In this document: piece by piece, positions 10,224 through 20,843 of the stretch
Numbering within the stretch: position 1 is the first letter of the stretch
Layout of the letters: each line of letters begins with the position of its first letter
DNA from: an uncultured Fibrobacteria bacterium
GTDB taxonomy: Bacteria > Fibrobacterota > Fibrobacteria > UBA11236
Reading direction: 5' to 3'
Assembly (NCBI GenBank): GCA_963716395.1
Contig: OY970309.1
Span: 2,144,001 to 2,208,000 of the forward strand
Length of the DNA stretch: 64,000 nt
Notes under the pieces: model-generated
Told to the model about the DNA's origin: nothing
What the model saw: only the letters and a program-made list of their open reading frames with translations
Database searches by the model: none
Translations under genes and position numbers: made by a program

Positions 10224-11600
10224 TTATTCCGGCGCCGAGGTGGTATCGCCGCCGGCCGAGGCGTCATCGGCAGCGCCGCCGGCATGGAATTCCGCCAATC
10301 GGTTTTCGATATGCACGTGTTGACGCCAATCCTTCACCAGACTCGCGAGCTTTTGCGAGATGATCCACTGCTTGGCCATGGCGCTGATCTGGGCGTAATC
10401 CTCTTCCAGCGAAAGATGGCGGGCCGCGGCCTTCCGGTCGACGCGGAACAGGTTATAACTGTCGCCGATGAGAATGGGCTGGGTGACCTGGCCCGAGTCC
10501 AGCGAATCCACCGCCGCCTTATAGGCCGGATCGAGTTGATCCCTGGAGAACCAGCCGAGATCGCCGCCTTGATCGCGCGTATCGCGGTCTTCGGAAATCT
10601 CGCGCGCCGCGGCGGCGAACTCCGGCCCGGTTTTCAGGGTTTGCCGCACCGAATCCATGAAGGCCAGGGCGCGCGCCGTGTCCTGGGTCGAGGGAATGAC
10701 CCGGATGAGAATGTGCGAGGTGCGGATTTCGTTGTCCTTCTTGCCGGTAACGAGGATGATATGGTAGCCGAAGCGCGAACGCACGGGATGGGTCGAGTAA
10801 TCGCCCACGTCCAGGGCCCAGGCGCCGCGCTCGTAATCGGGATCGAGCGTGCCGCGCTTGGTGTACCCCAGGTCGCCGCCGTCCTTAGCCGAAGGATCGT
10901 CGGAATAGATCTTCGCCAGATTGGCGAAGCTCGCGCCCGCGTCCAGTTGCTTGATCAGCGAGTCGGCCTTGGCCTTGGAGGCTGCATCGATTTTGGGATC
11001 GGCTTTGATGCGCCATTGGATATGCGAGAGGCGCACGCCGTCTTTCTGGATGGGCAGGCTGTCGTGGTAGTCGTGGAAGAACTGCTGCACCTGCAACTGC
11101 GAAGGATCGGGATCGCCGATGTATTTCATCTGCAGTTTCTGTCGGTACAGCTGATCGCGCACCTGCTCCTGCAACCGCGCCTTGAACTGCCCCAGCGTCA
11201 TGCCCGTGGTCTGCCGCAACGCCAGTTCGAGTTGCTTCTCGCCGCCCTGCTGCTCGGCGTCGTGGTTGTACACATCCTGCACGTGGCTGCTGACCTCCTG
11301 ATCGGTTACGCGCAGCGACGTGTCCTGTTGGGCCTTGGCCAGAATCACTTTCTCGTCGATGAGGCGCTGCAGCGCCTGTTCGCGTTGTTCCGCCACCGGC
11401 AGGGCTGCGAACGAAGGCTGTTGCTCGTCCATGGCCTGGCGGAATTCCTCGACGTCGGAGAAAAGAATCGGATCGTCGTTGACCACGCCGGCCACGCCTT
11501 CGACCGAAACCCGTTCCGCGGCCGCGTGGCGGGGCAGAAACGCGGCAGCGACCAGCACGGCGGGGAACAGTTTAAGGATCCGGAGCGGCATTGGGAGCAT
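10224..11600 (-). CDS. surA: SurA-type periplasmic chaperone with two parvulin domains
   Basis: Signal peptide, GVVNDDPILFSDV, SHI..., FANLAKIYSDD, GGDLG (twice), SRFGYHII. Confidence 0.88.
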   Translation of the reverse strand: MLPMPLRILKLFPAVLVAAAFLPRHAAAERVSVEGVAGVVNDDPILFSDVEEFRQAMDEQQPSFAALPVAEQREQALQRLIDEKVILAKAQQDTSLRVTDQEVSSHVQDVYNHDAEQQGGEKQLELALRQTTGMTLGQFKARLQEQVRDQLYRQKLQMKYIGDPDPSQLQVQQFFHDYHDSLPIQKDGVRLSHIQWRIKADPKIDAASKAKADSLIKQLDAGASFANLAKIYSDDPSAKDGGDLGYTKRGTLDPDYERGAWALDVGDYSTHPVRSRFGYHIILVTGKKDNEIRTSHILIRVIPSTQDTARALAFMDSVRQTLKTGPEFAAAAREISEDRDTRDQGGDLGWFSRDQLDPAYKAAVDSLDSGQVTQPILIGDSYNLFRVDRKAAARHLSLEEDYAQISAMAKQWIISQKLASLVKDWRQHVHIENRLAEFHAGGAADDASAGGDTTSAPE

Positions 11601-12705
11601 GATCGGTTCCTGACGGCGAGGGAGTGGGGGGATTCGATGCGGGCGGCGGATCGGTTACGGCGGGCTTCTGCGCGGGATCGACGTCTGGCGCCGGCGATTC
11701 GGCCGCAGGCGTGGCCGCGTCGGGAGCGTGGGCGGGAATGCGGGCCACGGCATGGCGGCGCGGCGGATTTCTCTTGTGCTTGGGCGGCAGAGGCGGTACG
11801 TTGGGCGGCGGCGCCGCCACCACTTCGGGCTCGACGGTGTCGGGCGTCGCTTCGCGTCCCGGAATCTGATCGAGATTCAGGCTGATGGCTGCGCCTTCTT
11901 TGAACTGGCGGATTTTGGCCGCGCGCATTTCGTCTTTATGCTCCATGACCAATTGCGCGATGATGGATTCCTTGGCTTCGGTGTAGGGGATGGGCGAACC
12001 CGCTTCTTCGCGATCGAGCAGTTTGACTAGATAAATGCCGTCGGCGCAGGTGAGCGGCGGCGAGACGAAACCGGGTTTGGCTTCGTCGAGCGCGGCCAGA
12101 ATGCACAGGGGAATCTGCGAGGCCTTGCGGAAGGGAATGGCGGAAATTTCCCCTCTGGCCGAATCGAGGGAATAGCGCACCCCGAGGGCCATAAAATTGT
12201 CGCCTTTGATCTGGGTGCGCACGGTTTGGGCTTCTTTCAACGAAGCCATGCGGATATGGGCGTAACGGAATTCGGGCGCCGTGCGTCGAAACGCGTCTTT
12301 GTGCGATTCGTAATAATGAGAGATGGCTTCCTCGTCGGGCTCGTAATCTTCGTTGGTATTCTGGCGCGCGAGAAATTCTTCGATCAGCACCTTGCGGCGC
12401 AGAGCCTGGAGGCGGCTTTTCACCTTGGGATCCTGATCGATTCCGTGTTTGAGGGCTTGCTGGTACACCACTTCGTCGTCGATCCAGCGTTGGATGAAAT
12501 TGAGGTATTGTTCGCGCGGCAGCACTTTTTCCAATTCGGGCGGGAAGGTTTCGCGCAAATCATTCAACGTCAAGCGGGATTGATCCACCTGGGCCAGAAC
12601 GGTTTGCGGGGGTTCGGCTTTGTGGCAACCCGCCAGACACAACACTGCGATGCTGACGGCCGGAAAAAACGGCTTCAAAACGTCGGAAAAGACGCGGCGA
12701 TTCAC
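11572..12705 (-). CDS. PPIase (rotamase)-like lipoprotein with Pro/Ala-rich tail
   Basis: Lipobox LAGC, LAQVDQSRLT, IQRWID, YYESHKDAF, degenerate parvulin domain. Confidence 0.72.
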   Translation of the reverse strand: MNRRVFSDVLKPFFPAVSIAVLCLAGCHKAEPPQTVLAQVDQSRLTLNDLRETFPPELEKVLPREQYLNFIQRWIDDEVVYQQALKHGIDQDPKVKSRLQALRRKVLIEEFLARQNTNEDYEPDEEAISHYYESHKDAFRRTAPEFRYAHIRMASLKEAQTVRTQIKGDNFMALGVRYSLDSARGEISAIPFRKASQIPLCILAALDEAKPGFVSPPLTCADGIYLVKLLDREEAGSPIPYTEAKESIIAQLVMEHKDEMRAAKIRQFKEGAAISLNLDQIPGREATPDTVEPEVVAAPPPNVPPLPPKHKRNPPRRHAVARIPAHAPDAATPAAESPAPDVDPAQKPAVTDPPPASNPPTPSPSGTDHAPNAAPDP

Positions 12706-12839
12706 GGGGCCAATATAGCTAACGCACTGCCTGGGCAGTATCGGGCCTGCCCCTGTGTTGATGAAGCGTTTAGAGTTCAGCCTGCGCCCGTCTCAGGCTT
12801 CGCCCATCCGCCCAGACGGATTCGCCCGGGTAGCGAAAG

Positions 12840-15800
12840 TTACAGCCAGCCGCGCAGGATTTGTGCGGCCTGGGAGATGGCGGCCATGGCGTCGCCGGAT
12901 CGCGGCGGGTTGAGTTCCACCACCATCTGCAGGGGCTCGGTGTTCAGAAAGCGCAGGGGCCGTGGGCAGCGCGCCGCCAATCCCGCCAACTCCGGCTTTT
13001 CGGGTTCGCGCAGCGGCGCGTACTGCAATTGCAGCAAATTGCCTTCGAGCGTGATTTTTTGCAGCCCCAATTGCTGGGCCGCCACCCGCGCCAGCATGGT
13101 GCGCAGCAGGACGGCGGCGGGCCGGGGAACGGGGCCGAAGCGGTCGATCAGTTCTTTTTCCATCTCGTCGACCTGGCCGGGTTCGGAACAGCGCGAGAGC
13201 TTCTGGTACAGAAGGGTGCGTTGCAGCCCGTCTTCGACGTAGTCTTCGGGGAGGAAGGCGTCTTCGGGAAATTCGACTTCCGGGTTCAACGGCGGCAGCA
13301 CCTTTTGCCCCTGCATTTCCCGGACGGCGTCGCGCAGCATGCGGCAATAGGTTTCGAAACCCACGGCCGCGATATGCCCGCTTTGCTCCAGCCCCAGCAA
13401 ATTGCCCGCCCCGCGGATTTCCAGATCGCGCATGGCGATTTGAAAGCCGCTGCCGAGATCGGTGTACTTCTCCAGCGCGTAGAGTTTGCTTTTCGCTTCG
13501 TCGGTGAAGCGGTTGGCGTCGGGCGCGATCAGCAGGCAATGCGCCTGCGCCGCGGAACGACCCACGCGTCCCCGTAATTGATACAACTGTGACAACCCGA
13601 ACAAATCAGCGCGGTGGATGATCATGGTGTTGGCGTTGGCGATATCGATGCCCGACTCGATGATGGCGGTGCACGCCAGCACGTCGTATTCGCGGTGGAC
13701 GAAGGCGGCCATCACGCGTTCGAGCTGGCCTTCTTCCATCTGGCCGTGGGCCACGCCCACGCGGGCCTGGGGCACGAGCGCCTGCACCCGGTCGGCCATC
13801 TCGTGCATGTCGGCGACGCGGTTGTAGACGAAGTAGGCCTGGCCGCCGCGGCTCAATTCGGCTTCGAGGGCATCGCGCACCACGGCCGGATCCCAGGCCA
13901 CCACGCGGGTCTCGATGGGCAGGCGGTTGCGGGGCGGCGTGGCGATAATGGAAAGGTCGCGCGTGCCGAGCATCGACATGTGCAAGGAGCGGGGAATGGG
14001 CGTGGCCGACAGCGCCAGCACGTCGACGTGGGCGCGCATCTCTTTGAGGCGTTCCTTTTGCTTGACGCCGAATTTTTGTTCTTCGTCGACGATCAGCAAT
14101 CCCAAATCCTTGAAGGCGACGTCTTTGGAAAGCAGACGATGCGTGCCCACCACCAGGTCCAGCGTGCCGTCCGCCAACGCGGCCAGAGTGGCTTTCTGTT
14201 CCTTGGGCGAGCGGAAGCGATCCAAGGCCTCGATGCGCACGGGCCAGGCCGCGAAACGTTCCGAAAACGTATCGAAATGCTGCGCCGCCAGAATGGTGGT
14301 GGGCGCCAGAATCGCGACCTGTTTTTTGTCACATACGGCCTTGAATGCGGCGCGCATGGCCACTTCGGTTTTGCCGAACCCCACATCGCCGCACACCAGC
14401 CGATCCATGGGCTTCTTCGTCTCCATATCGCGTTTCACGTCGGCGATGGCTTTGGCCTGGTCGGGGGTCAGATCGTATTCGAAGGCCGCTGCGAATTCGC
14501 GCTGTAAATCGCCGTCGGCGCTGAAGGCGAACCCCTCGGCCACCGATCGCTTGGCATAGAGATCGATCAAATCCTTGACCAGGACGACGATGGCCTTGCG
14601 GGTTTTTTCCTTGGCCGTCTCCCACGACTTGCCGCCCAGCTTCGACAACACGGGCACGAGGCTTTCTTCGCCCGCGAATTTTTCCAGCTTGGCGAGATCC
14701 GCCACCGGCAAGGTCAACTTGTCGCTGCCGTGGTAATGCAGCAAGATGCAGTCGAGATCGCGTCCGCCTACCTTGACTCGGCCGATGCCCACGAAGCGCC
14801 CGATGCCATAGGCTTCGTGCACCACGAAGTCGCCGCGGTTCAAGGCGTCGAAGCTGGGAATGGCCGCGCCGCCCCCGCGGAATTTGCGCTTGCGCACGTT
14901 GCGGCTGAAGCGGTTGAAGATCTGGTGATCGGTGAGCAGGGCCACGCTTTGGGTGCGGTCGATGAAGCCGCAGTTGAGATGGCCCACGCACACGCCGTCG
15001 ACGGGCAGGGTCTGCGCCAGCTTGCGCAGGCGTTCGGCCTGCCCGGCATTGGGGCAGAGCAGATACACCTGCAGGGCTTCGGCGGCCAATTCGCGCAGCA
15101 GCGGTTCGGCTTCGCTCAAGCCCGCGCCGCCGCGCTGCTGGGGCTGCTGATCCACGGTCACGCTGCCCGCCCCCTCCCAACTCAGCCGGCTGAGCTGCAG
15201 CACCGGCCGGGTCGACAGGCTGCGCGCCAGTTCCGCGGCCGACAGCAGCAATTCTTCGGGCGTGTTGACGAAGCGATCTTTGCCGCGGGCCTCCTGATAG
15301 CCGCTGCGCATGGCCGCCCAGGCCTTTTCCACCGCGTCGGCCAGACCGTCGGCGTCGCCCACGATCACGCGGGCCTCGGCGCCGAGAAAGTCGAGCAGGT
15401 TGTGGTTCAAGTCCTTGAAGAAGGCCTTTTGCCAGTGGATCCCGGTGAGGTCGCGCTTCTCCACCAGCCGGTGGCGCTCGGCCGCCCAGGCGTCTTCGTC
15501 GCCCAGCCGGTCGAGATGGCTTTCCAGGCCCTGATCCAGCGCCTCCGGCGGATAGCAGCATTCGTCCAGCGGGAACAGGGCGATGGAATCGACCGCGCGC
15601 ACGGATCGCTGCGAGAAAATGTCGAATTCCTTGATCGACTCGATGGTGTCGCCGCCCAACACGATGCGATAGGGGTTCTCGGCCAAATAGGGATAGATGT
15701 CGAGGATTTCACCGCGCACGCCGAAGGTGCCGAGATCCTGCACCACGGTTTCTTCGCGAAAGCCGAGGCCGAGCGCCGCTGCGCGGAAGGTGCCGGGGCT

Positions 15801-16265
15801 CAAGGCGTCGCCGGCCTGGAGCGTCACGATTTCCTGATGCAGGCTGCGCGGGCTCGACAGCTTTTCCAAAAACGCGGATACCGTGACGATCATTACAACC
15901 CGCCGGCCGCGGTACAGGGCGTCGAAGCCTTCCAGCCGCCGCTCGCGCACCGGGCCGAAGGGCGCGCGCCATTCATAGGGTTTGAGATCGAGGCCGGGGA
16001 AATGCAGCACCTCGTCTTCGTTCAGAAACGACTGCAGGTCTTCGGCCAGGGCTTCGGCGGCTTTGGTGTCGGGGGCGAGAACCAACAGCGATCCCGCATG
16101 CCGGCGGAATTGCGCCGCGGCCAGGGCCGCCGGCCCCGAGCCCGCCAGGCCGGCCACGTGCAAGGGTTCGCCGGGTTTGGCCGCCAGGCCGCTGAAGGCG
16201 GGAAAGGCATGCGCGTCGAGCAGACGGGAAAGCGGAATCGGTCCGGAATCGCGGGTCGGGGGCAT
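12840..16265 (-). CDS. mfd: Transcription-repair coupling factor
   Basis: GDFVVHEAYGIG, MDRLVCGDVGFGKTEVA, VDEEQKFGV, LSATPIPRSL, QLRGRVGRS, DLEIRGAGNLLG. Start uncertain (16265 or 16382). Confidence 0.97.
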   Translation of the reverse strand: MPPTRDSGPIPLSRLLDAHAFPAFSGLAAKPGEPLHVAGLAGSGPAALAAAQFRRHAGSLLVLAPDTKAAEALAEDLQSFLNEDEVLHFPGLDLKPYEWRAPFGPVRERRLEGFDALYRGRRVVMIVTVSAFLEKLSSPRSLHQEIVTLQAGDALSPGTFRAAALGLGFREETVVQDLGTFGVRGEILDIYPYLAENPYRIVLGGDTIESIKEFDIFSQRSVRAVDSIALFPLDECCYPPEALDQGLESHLDRLGDEDAWAAERHRLVEKRDLTGIHWQKAFFKDLNHNLLDFLGAEARVIVGDADGLADAVEKAWAAMRSGYQEARGKDRFVNTPEELLLSAAELARSLSTRPVLQLSRLSWEGAGSVTVDQQPQQRGGAGLSEAEPLLRELAAEALQVYLLCPNAGQAERLRKLAQTLPVDGVCVGHLNCGFIDRTQSVALLTDHQIFNRFSRNVRKRKFRGGGAAIPSFDALNRGDFVVHEAYGIGRFVGIGRVKVGGRDLDCILLHYHGSDKLTLPVADLAKLEKFAGEESLVPVLSKLGGKSWETAKEKTRKAIVVLVKDLIDLYAKRSVAEGFAFSADGDLQREFAAAFEYDLTPDQAKAIADVKRDMETKKPMDRLVCGDVGFGKTEVAMRAAFKAVCDKKQVAILAPTTILAAQHFDTFSERFAAWPVRIEALDRFRSPKEQKATLAALADGTLDLVVGTHRLLSKDVAFKDLGLLIVDEEQKFGVKQKERLKEMRAHVDVLALSATPIPRSLHMSMLGTRDLSIIATPPRNRLPIETRVVAWDPAVVRDALEAELSRGGQAYFVYNRVADMHEMADRVQALVPQARVGVAHGQMEEGQLERVMAAFVHREYDVLACTAIIESGIDIANANTMIIHRADLFGLSQLYQLRGRVGRSAAQAHCLLIAPDANRFTDEAKSKLYALEKYTDLGSGFQIAMRDLEIRGAGNLLGLEQSGHIAAVGFETYCRMLRDAVREMQGQKVLPPLNPEVEFPEDAFLPEDYVEDGLQRTLLYQKLSRCSEPGQVDEMEKELIDRFGPVPRPAAVLLRTMLARVAAQQLGLQKITLEGNLLQLQYAPLREPEKPELAGLAARCPRPLRFLNTEPLQMVVELNPPRSGDAMAAISQAAQILRGWL

Positions 16266-16415
16266 GGGATCGGTTTCGGCCTGTAGCGTTGAGGTTACGA
16301 TGGTTCCCCGCGCTTCGGACGCAGAAGGGAAATCCTGCGAGAAAATTAACCGGGTCGGGCCGAAGTTTGGTCGGCGCGACATTCGCGGCGTGCCGTTTTA
16401 ATGTAAACTCACCCG

Positions 16416-17054
16416 ATGTGTTTTTCGGCCACGGCCAGTTTTGTCGCCAGCGGCGCGCTGGTGGCGCTCGGGGGCGCCACATTCGCGTTCGCCAGGAAGC
16501 GAGACAAAGTGCTGGTGGCGATCCCGATTCTTTTCGGCATTCAGCAGGCCTTGGAGGGGTATCAGTGGCTGCGGCTTGACGGGGGTTCGTCTTCGCGGGC
16601 GGCGGGGTACGGGTATTTGTTTTTCGCCCTCGTCCTTTGGCCCGTTTACGTGCCGTCCTTTGTCTACTTCCTGGACAAAAACCGGAAAACGCTGTTGCGC
16701 TGGTTTGTGCTCGCGGGCCTCGCGGTGGCGGCCATTTTTCTGGGACTGCTGGCCGCACACCCTTTGCACGTGCGCATCACCTCGTCCTGCGTGAGCTACG
16801 CCTTGGGCCTTCCCCCCTTCTGGGTCGTCGGACCTCCCTATCTGTTGGCCATTCTGGGTCCGCTGTTCCTCTCCAGCCGCAAAATTTTCCGGTGGTTTGG
16901 AGCCGCCATTCTCGGGCTGGCCGTTCTATCCTGGAGGCTGTACCAGTTTAATTTCATCTCCGTGTGGTGCTTTTTCGCCGCGGCCGTGAGTTCGATGTTC
17001 TTTCTCTACGTGCAAAACAACCGCCGGCGGAAAAACGCCCTGCGGACTTCCTAA
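16416..17054 (+). CDS. Multi-pass membrane protein, DUF6629-like
   Basis: MCFSATASF start, PILFGIQQALEG, SVWCFFAA, about 7 hydrophobic segments. Confidence 0.75.
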   Translation: MCFSATASFVASGALVALGGATFAFARKRDKVLVAIPILFGIQQALEGYQWLRLDGGSSSRAAGYGYLFFALVLWPVYVPSFVYFLDKNRKTLLRWFVLAGLAVAAIFLGLLAAHPLHVRITSSCVSYALGLPPFWVVGPPYLLAILGPLFLSSRKIFRWFGAAILGLAVLSWRLYQFNFISVWCFFAAAVSSMFFLYVQNNRRRKNALRTS

Positions 17055-17092
17055 GCAAGAGGTTTTGTTGTTGCTGCCGGGCGGTACCCAAA

Positions 17093-17902
17093 TTACCCCG
17101 GAACCGGACGATCGAGTGAACGTAAGAAAGATCGGACGGCAACCGAAAACCGTTCGGGCTGATCATAAAAAATTCCGTGTCCGGCATCCTGGATGTGAGC
17201 GACTTGGAGCTTCGGATGGATAAGTTGCAGATCCGAGGCCGATTTTTCCGAAATGATGCCGGCATCACCAATGATTAACAAACATGGAATTTCAAGCGAA
17301 CTCACGAGTTGCTTATAATCCGGATTCGGTGGGGTGAGAACGTCAAACGCGCTCATACTCGTTTCACGGCGTGCTCTGGCGATTCTCTCAACCATAGGCA
17401 AAGAGCGGTTGGGGCGCCGAGTTTGCAGATCTTTCACGATTTCTTCCAGGGGTTGATGCAATTGCCTTCGGTGTTGATCGGCCACATCGCCGTCGCGCAC
17501 TTCGCGTTGTTGCTTCGAACTGAGGAAGGCCGGATCCGCCAGGATTAAGCCGCGGATCGACGCAGGATAAAGGCTTGCAACCATCGCCGCCACGAGGCCT
17601 CCCATGGAATGTCCAATCAGGATCGGGCGATCGATCCCAAGATTATGCACGAGACCGGCAATATCCTTCGCGTGATCCTCGTATCGGTATCCAAAATCAG
17701 GTACGCTCGACTTTCCGTGACCGCGAAAATCCGGCATGATGACGTCATATTCATTTTCCAGCGCCCGGGCGATGTCGGTCCAGCATAGTCCATTCGCCAT
17801 CAAGCCGTGCAAGAGGAGAAGCGATGGTTTTCCGGGCCCGGTCCGCGTGTAATGCAGGTTTATTCCATTGGTCTCACAAAGTGCTGAATTCCACCGGGCC
17901 AT
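17093..17902 (-). CDS. Alpha/beta hydrolase
   Basis: LLHG, DFRGHGKS, GHSMG nucleophile elbow, AGH. Confidence 0.9.
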   Translation of the reverse strand: MARWNSALCETNGINLHYTRTGPGKPSLLLLHGLMANGLCWTDIARALENEYDVIMPDFRGHGKSSVPDFGYRYEDHAKDIAGLVHNLGIDRPILIGHSMGGLVAAMVASLYPASIRGLILADPAFLSSKQQREVRDGDVADQHRRQLHQPLEEIVKDLQTRRPNRSLPMVERIARARRETSMSAFDVLTPPNPDYKQLVSSLEIPCLLIIGDAGIISEKSASDLQLIHPKLQVAHIQDAGHGIFYDQPERFSVAVRSFLRSLDRPVPG

Positions 17903-18163
17903 CTTTCGACTCCTAAAAAAGATTTAACGCATAATTTTTGCGCGCCTTTTCGTCCTCGAACGACTCCGCGTCGTCCTCGACTTCCTGTGCGCCCACGTAT
18001 CGGCCGTGCGCCGTGTGGATTCTTGTTCGGGTTTGCGGCCCATCAACTCACCTTTTCCTCTTTCGCCGCTCGTCCGATTCTTCTATGAGATCAACCAACC
18101 GGCGAACTAGAAAAGGCCGGGGAATGCGTTTCCCGTTTTCCCCATGGTTCACCGAACGATAAG

Positions 18164-20824
18164 TCAGTGCTGGGCTGCCCGCTTGGGATGCAGGAGTTTG
18201 GCGATCAAGCCGGTCCACCCGGTTTGATGCGAGGCTCCCACGCCGCGGCCTGAGTCGCCGTGGAAGTATTCGTGGAACCACACATAGTCGCGGAAATGCG
18301 GATCGGCATGGAATTTGGGATACAGCCCATGCACGGGGCGGCCGCCGCCGGCATCTTTGAGAAACAGTTTGGCCAGCCGGCCCGAAAGCTCGGTGGCGAT
18401 TTCGTTCAGGGTCAGCATTTGCCCCGAGCCGGTGGGGCATTCGACTTTGAAGTCGTCGCCGAAATAATGGTGGAACTTTTGCAGTGATTCGATGATGAGG
18501 TAATTGACGGGCATCCACACCGGGCCGCGCCAGTTCGAATTGCCGCCGAACAGGCCCGAGTCGCTTTCGCCGGGCACGTAGCCGACCCGCAATTCTTCGC
18601 CGGCCAGCGACAGCGTGAAGGGCGCATTTTCATACACCTTGCTCACCGCGCGGATGCCGTAAGGCGACAGGAATTCAGCCGGGTCGAGCATGCGCCGCAG
18701 CACGCATTTGATGCGGTGGCCGCGCAGCAGCGACAACAGGCGGCGCTGGCCGCGGCCCGGTTCGTTCCAGCGCGAAACCAGGCCCGCCAGCTCGGGCCGA
18801 TGGCGCAGGTACCATTCCAGCGCGTCGCGGAAGGCCGGCAATTTTTCCAACAGTTCCGGCTCCAAGGTTTCCACTGCGAACAGGGGGATCAGACCCACCA
18901 TGGATCGTAGTTTCAGGGTCACCGTGCCGCCTTGCGGCATCTTCAGCTCGTCGTAATAGAAAGCATCAACCTCGTCCCACAATCCCAATTCTTCGCCATC
19001 GAGATTGGTCATGGCTTCGGCGATGCACAAGAAATGTTCGAACAGCTTGGTGGCCATGTCTTCGTACACCGCGTCGTTCTTGGCCAGCTCCAGCGCGATG
19101 CGCATGAGGTTCAGGCAATAAGCGGCCATCCAACTGGTGCCGTCGGCCTGGTTCACCGTGCCGCCGCCGGGCAGGGGACGGCTGCGATCGAAAGCCCCGA
19201 TGTTGTCGAGGCCCAGGAACCCGCCCTGGAAAATGTTGCGGCCGGAGGCGTCTTTGCGGTTCACCCACCACATGAAATTCAGCAGCAATTTGTGGAAAAT
19301 GCGCTCCAGAAAATCGAGGTCGCCGACGCCTTGCTGTTTGCGATCGATTTGGAAAACGCGCCACGCGGCCCAGGCCTGTACGGGCGGATTCACGTCGCCG
19401 AAGTTCCATTCATAGGCGGGGATTTGTCCGTTGGCATGCATGCTGAAGACGCGGCAGAGAAACAGCAGTTGTTCTTTGGCGAAGGCGGCGTCGACGAGGG
19501 CGAGGGGAAGGCAGTGAAAGGCCAAGTCCCAGGCGGCGAACCAGGGATATTCCCATTTGTCGGGCATGGAAACGATTTGGGCGTGGTGGATATGCAGCCA
19601 TTCGGAATTGCGCCCCTCGTTGCGCTGCGGCGGTGGCGGCGGTTGCCCCGGATCGCCGCGCAGCCATTCCCGCACGTCGTAGTGGTAATACTGCTTGCTC
19701 CAAATCATGCCGGCCAGGGCCTGGCGCTGCACCAGGCGCGCATCGGCATCTTCAATCCCGGCTTGCAGCGCCTCGTAATAGGCTTCGGCTTCGGCGCTGC
19801 GGGTCGCGAACACCGCGTCGAAATCGCGAAACGGATCCGGGTTGCCCTTCCGGGTCAGGCGCAGGCGGAATTGGCGGGATTGTCCGGCCGCGATGGTTTC
19901 AATGAAATGCGCCGCGGCCTTGGTGCCGGATTGATCGGGGTTCACGGCTTCACGCTTGCCCTGCACGAGGTAGTCGTGAAACCCGTCTTTGAAATACCCG
20001 GCAAGATTCGGGTCGCCGAACACACGCGGATTGGTTTCGTTCTCGCAGAAAAGCAACTCCGACGCGGCCTCGGCGTGAAACCAGTATTCCCCCAGTTCCG
20101 CATGGGTAACTTGAATGGTACTGTGGTCCTGGGCGCGGAGATCCGGCCGGGCCGAACCCGGCGCCCAGGTCCAGGTATTGCGGAACCAGAGTTGCGGCAG
20201 CACGTGCAGGGCCGCCGCGTCGGGGCCGCGGTTCCATACCGTGACGCGCAGGAGCACGTCTTCGGGATCGGCCAGCGCGTATTCCACAAACACGTCGAAA
20301 TAGCGATCGGCGTCGAATACGCCCGTGTCGATCAGCTCGAATTCGAGTTCACCTTTGCCGCGCCGCCGGTTTTCTTCGACCAGGCGCGCATAGGGATATT
20401 CGGCCTGCGGATATTTGTACAGGAATTTCAAATAGGCGTGCGTGGGCAAGGCGTCGAGATGGTAATAGCATTCCTTGACGTCTTCGCCATGATTGCCCTG
20501 GCCGTTGGTGAGGCCGAACAGCCTTTCTTTGAGAATGGGATCGCGGCCGTTCCACAACGCCAGGCCCAGGCATAGGCGCTGCCGGTCATCGCTGAAGCCC
20601 GCCAGGCCGTCTTCGCCCCAGCGGTAAGCGCGGCTTTTAGCCTGGTCATGCGGAAAATAATCCCAGGCGTCACCGTCGGCGCTGTAGTCTTCGCGCACTG
20701 TGCCCCATTGGCGGTCGCTGAGATAGGGCCCCCAGGTTTTCCACCGTTCCCGGCCGGCTTGGACCGCCTGCAAACGCGCGCTTTCGGCCGTGGGTTTCAT
20801 GCCGGGAAAATTACTCGCTGCCAT
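18164..20824 (-). CDS. GH63-related (MGH1-like) glucosidase, cytoplasmic
   Basis: WGPYLSDRQWGTVREDYS, SMPDKWEYPWFAAWDLAFH, FLGLDNIG, NSNWRGPVW, FHEYFHGD..GASHQTGWTG. Confidence 0.9.
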   Translation of the reverse strand: MAASNFPGMKPTAESARLQAVQAGRERWKTWGPYLSDRQWGTVREDYSADGDAWDYFPHDQAKSRAYRWGEDGLAGFSDDRQRLCLGLALWNGRDPILKERLFGLTNGQGNHGEDVKECYYHLDALPTHAYLKFLYKYPQAEYPYARLVEENRRRGKGELEFELIDTGVFDADRYFDVFVEYALADPEDVLLRVTVWNRGPDAAALHVLPQLWFRNTWTWAPGSARPDLRAQDHSTIQVTHAELGEYWFHAEAASELLFCENETNPRVFGDPNLAGYFKDGFHDYLVQGKREAVNPDQSGTKAAAHFIETIAAGQSRQFRLRLTRKGNPDPFRDFDAVFATRSAEAEAYYEALQAGIEDADARLVQRQALAGMIWSKQYYHYDVREWLRGDPGQPPPPPQRNEGRNSEWLHIHHAQIVSMPDKWEYPWFAAWDLAFHCLPLALVDAAFAKEQLLFLCRVFSMHANGQIPAYEWNFGDVNPPVQAWAAWRVFQIDRKQQGVGDLDFLERIFHKLLLNFMWWVNRKDASGRNIFQGGFLGLDNIGAFDRSRPLPGGGTVNQADGTSWMAAYCLNLMRIALELAKNDAVYEDMATKLFEHFLCIAEAMTNLDGEELGLWDEVDAFYYDELKMPQGGTVTLKLRSMVGLIPLFAVETLEPELLEKLPAFRDALEWYLRHRPELAGLVSRWNEPGRGQRRLLSLLRGHRIKCVLRRMLDPAEFLSPYGIRAVSKVYENAPFTLSLAGEELRVGYVPGESDSGLFGGNSNWRGPVWMPVNYLIIESLQKFHHYFGDDFKVECPTGSGQMLTLNEIATELSGRLAKLFLKDAGGGRPVHGLYPKFHADPHFRDYVWFHEYFHGDSGRGVGASHQTGWTGLIAKLLHPKRAAQH

Positions 20825-20843
20825 CCGCGGTGACGCCCTCGGA

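Noticed and set aside
10191-11885. Long alternative ORFs (also 14730-16286, 18932-20575, 23595-25157, 33733-35289, 44552-46696, 48370-49842)
   Set aside because: Antisense shadows of well-supported genes, expected in GC-rich DNA; no motifs.
17924-18043. 39-aa Arg-rich minus-strand ORF upstream of the alpha/beta hydrolase
   Set aside because: Has a purine-rich upstream tract but no recognisable family; too short to support.
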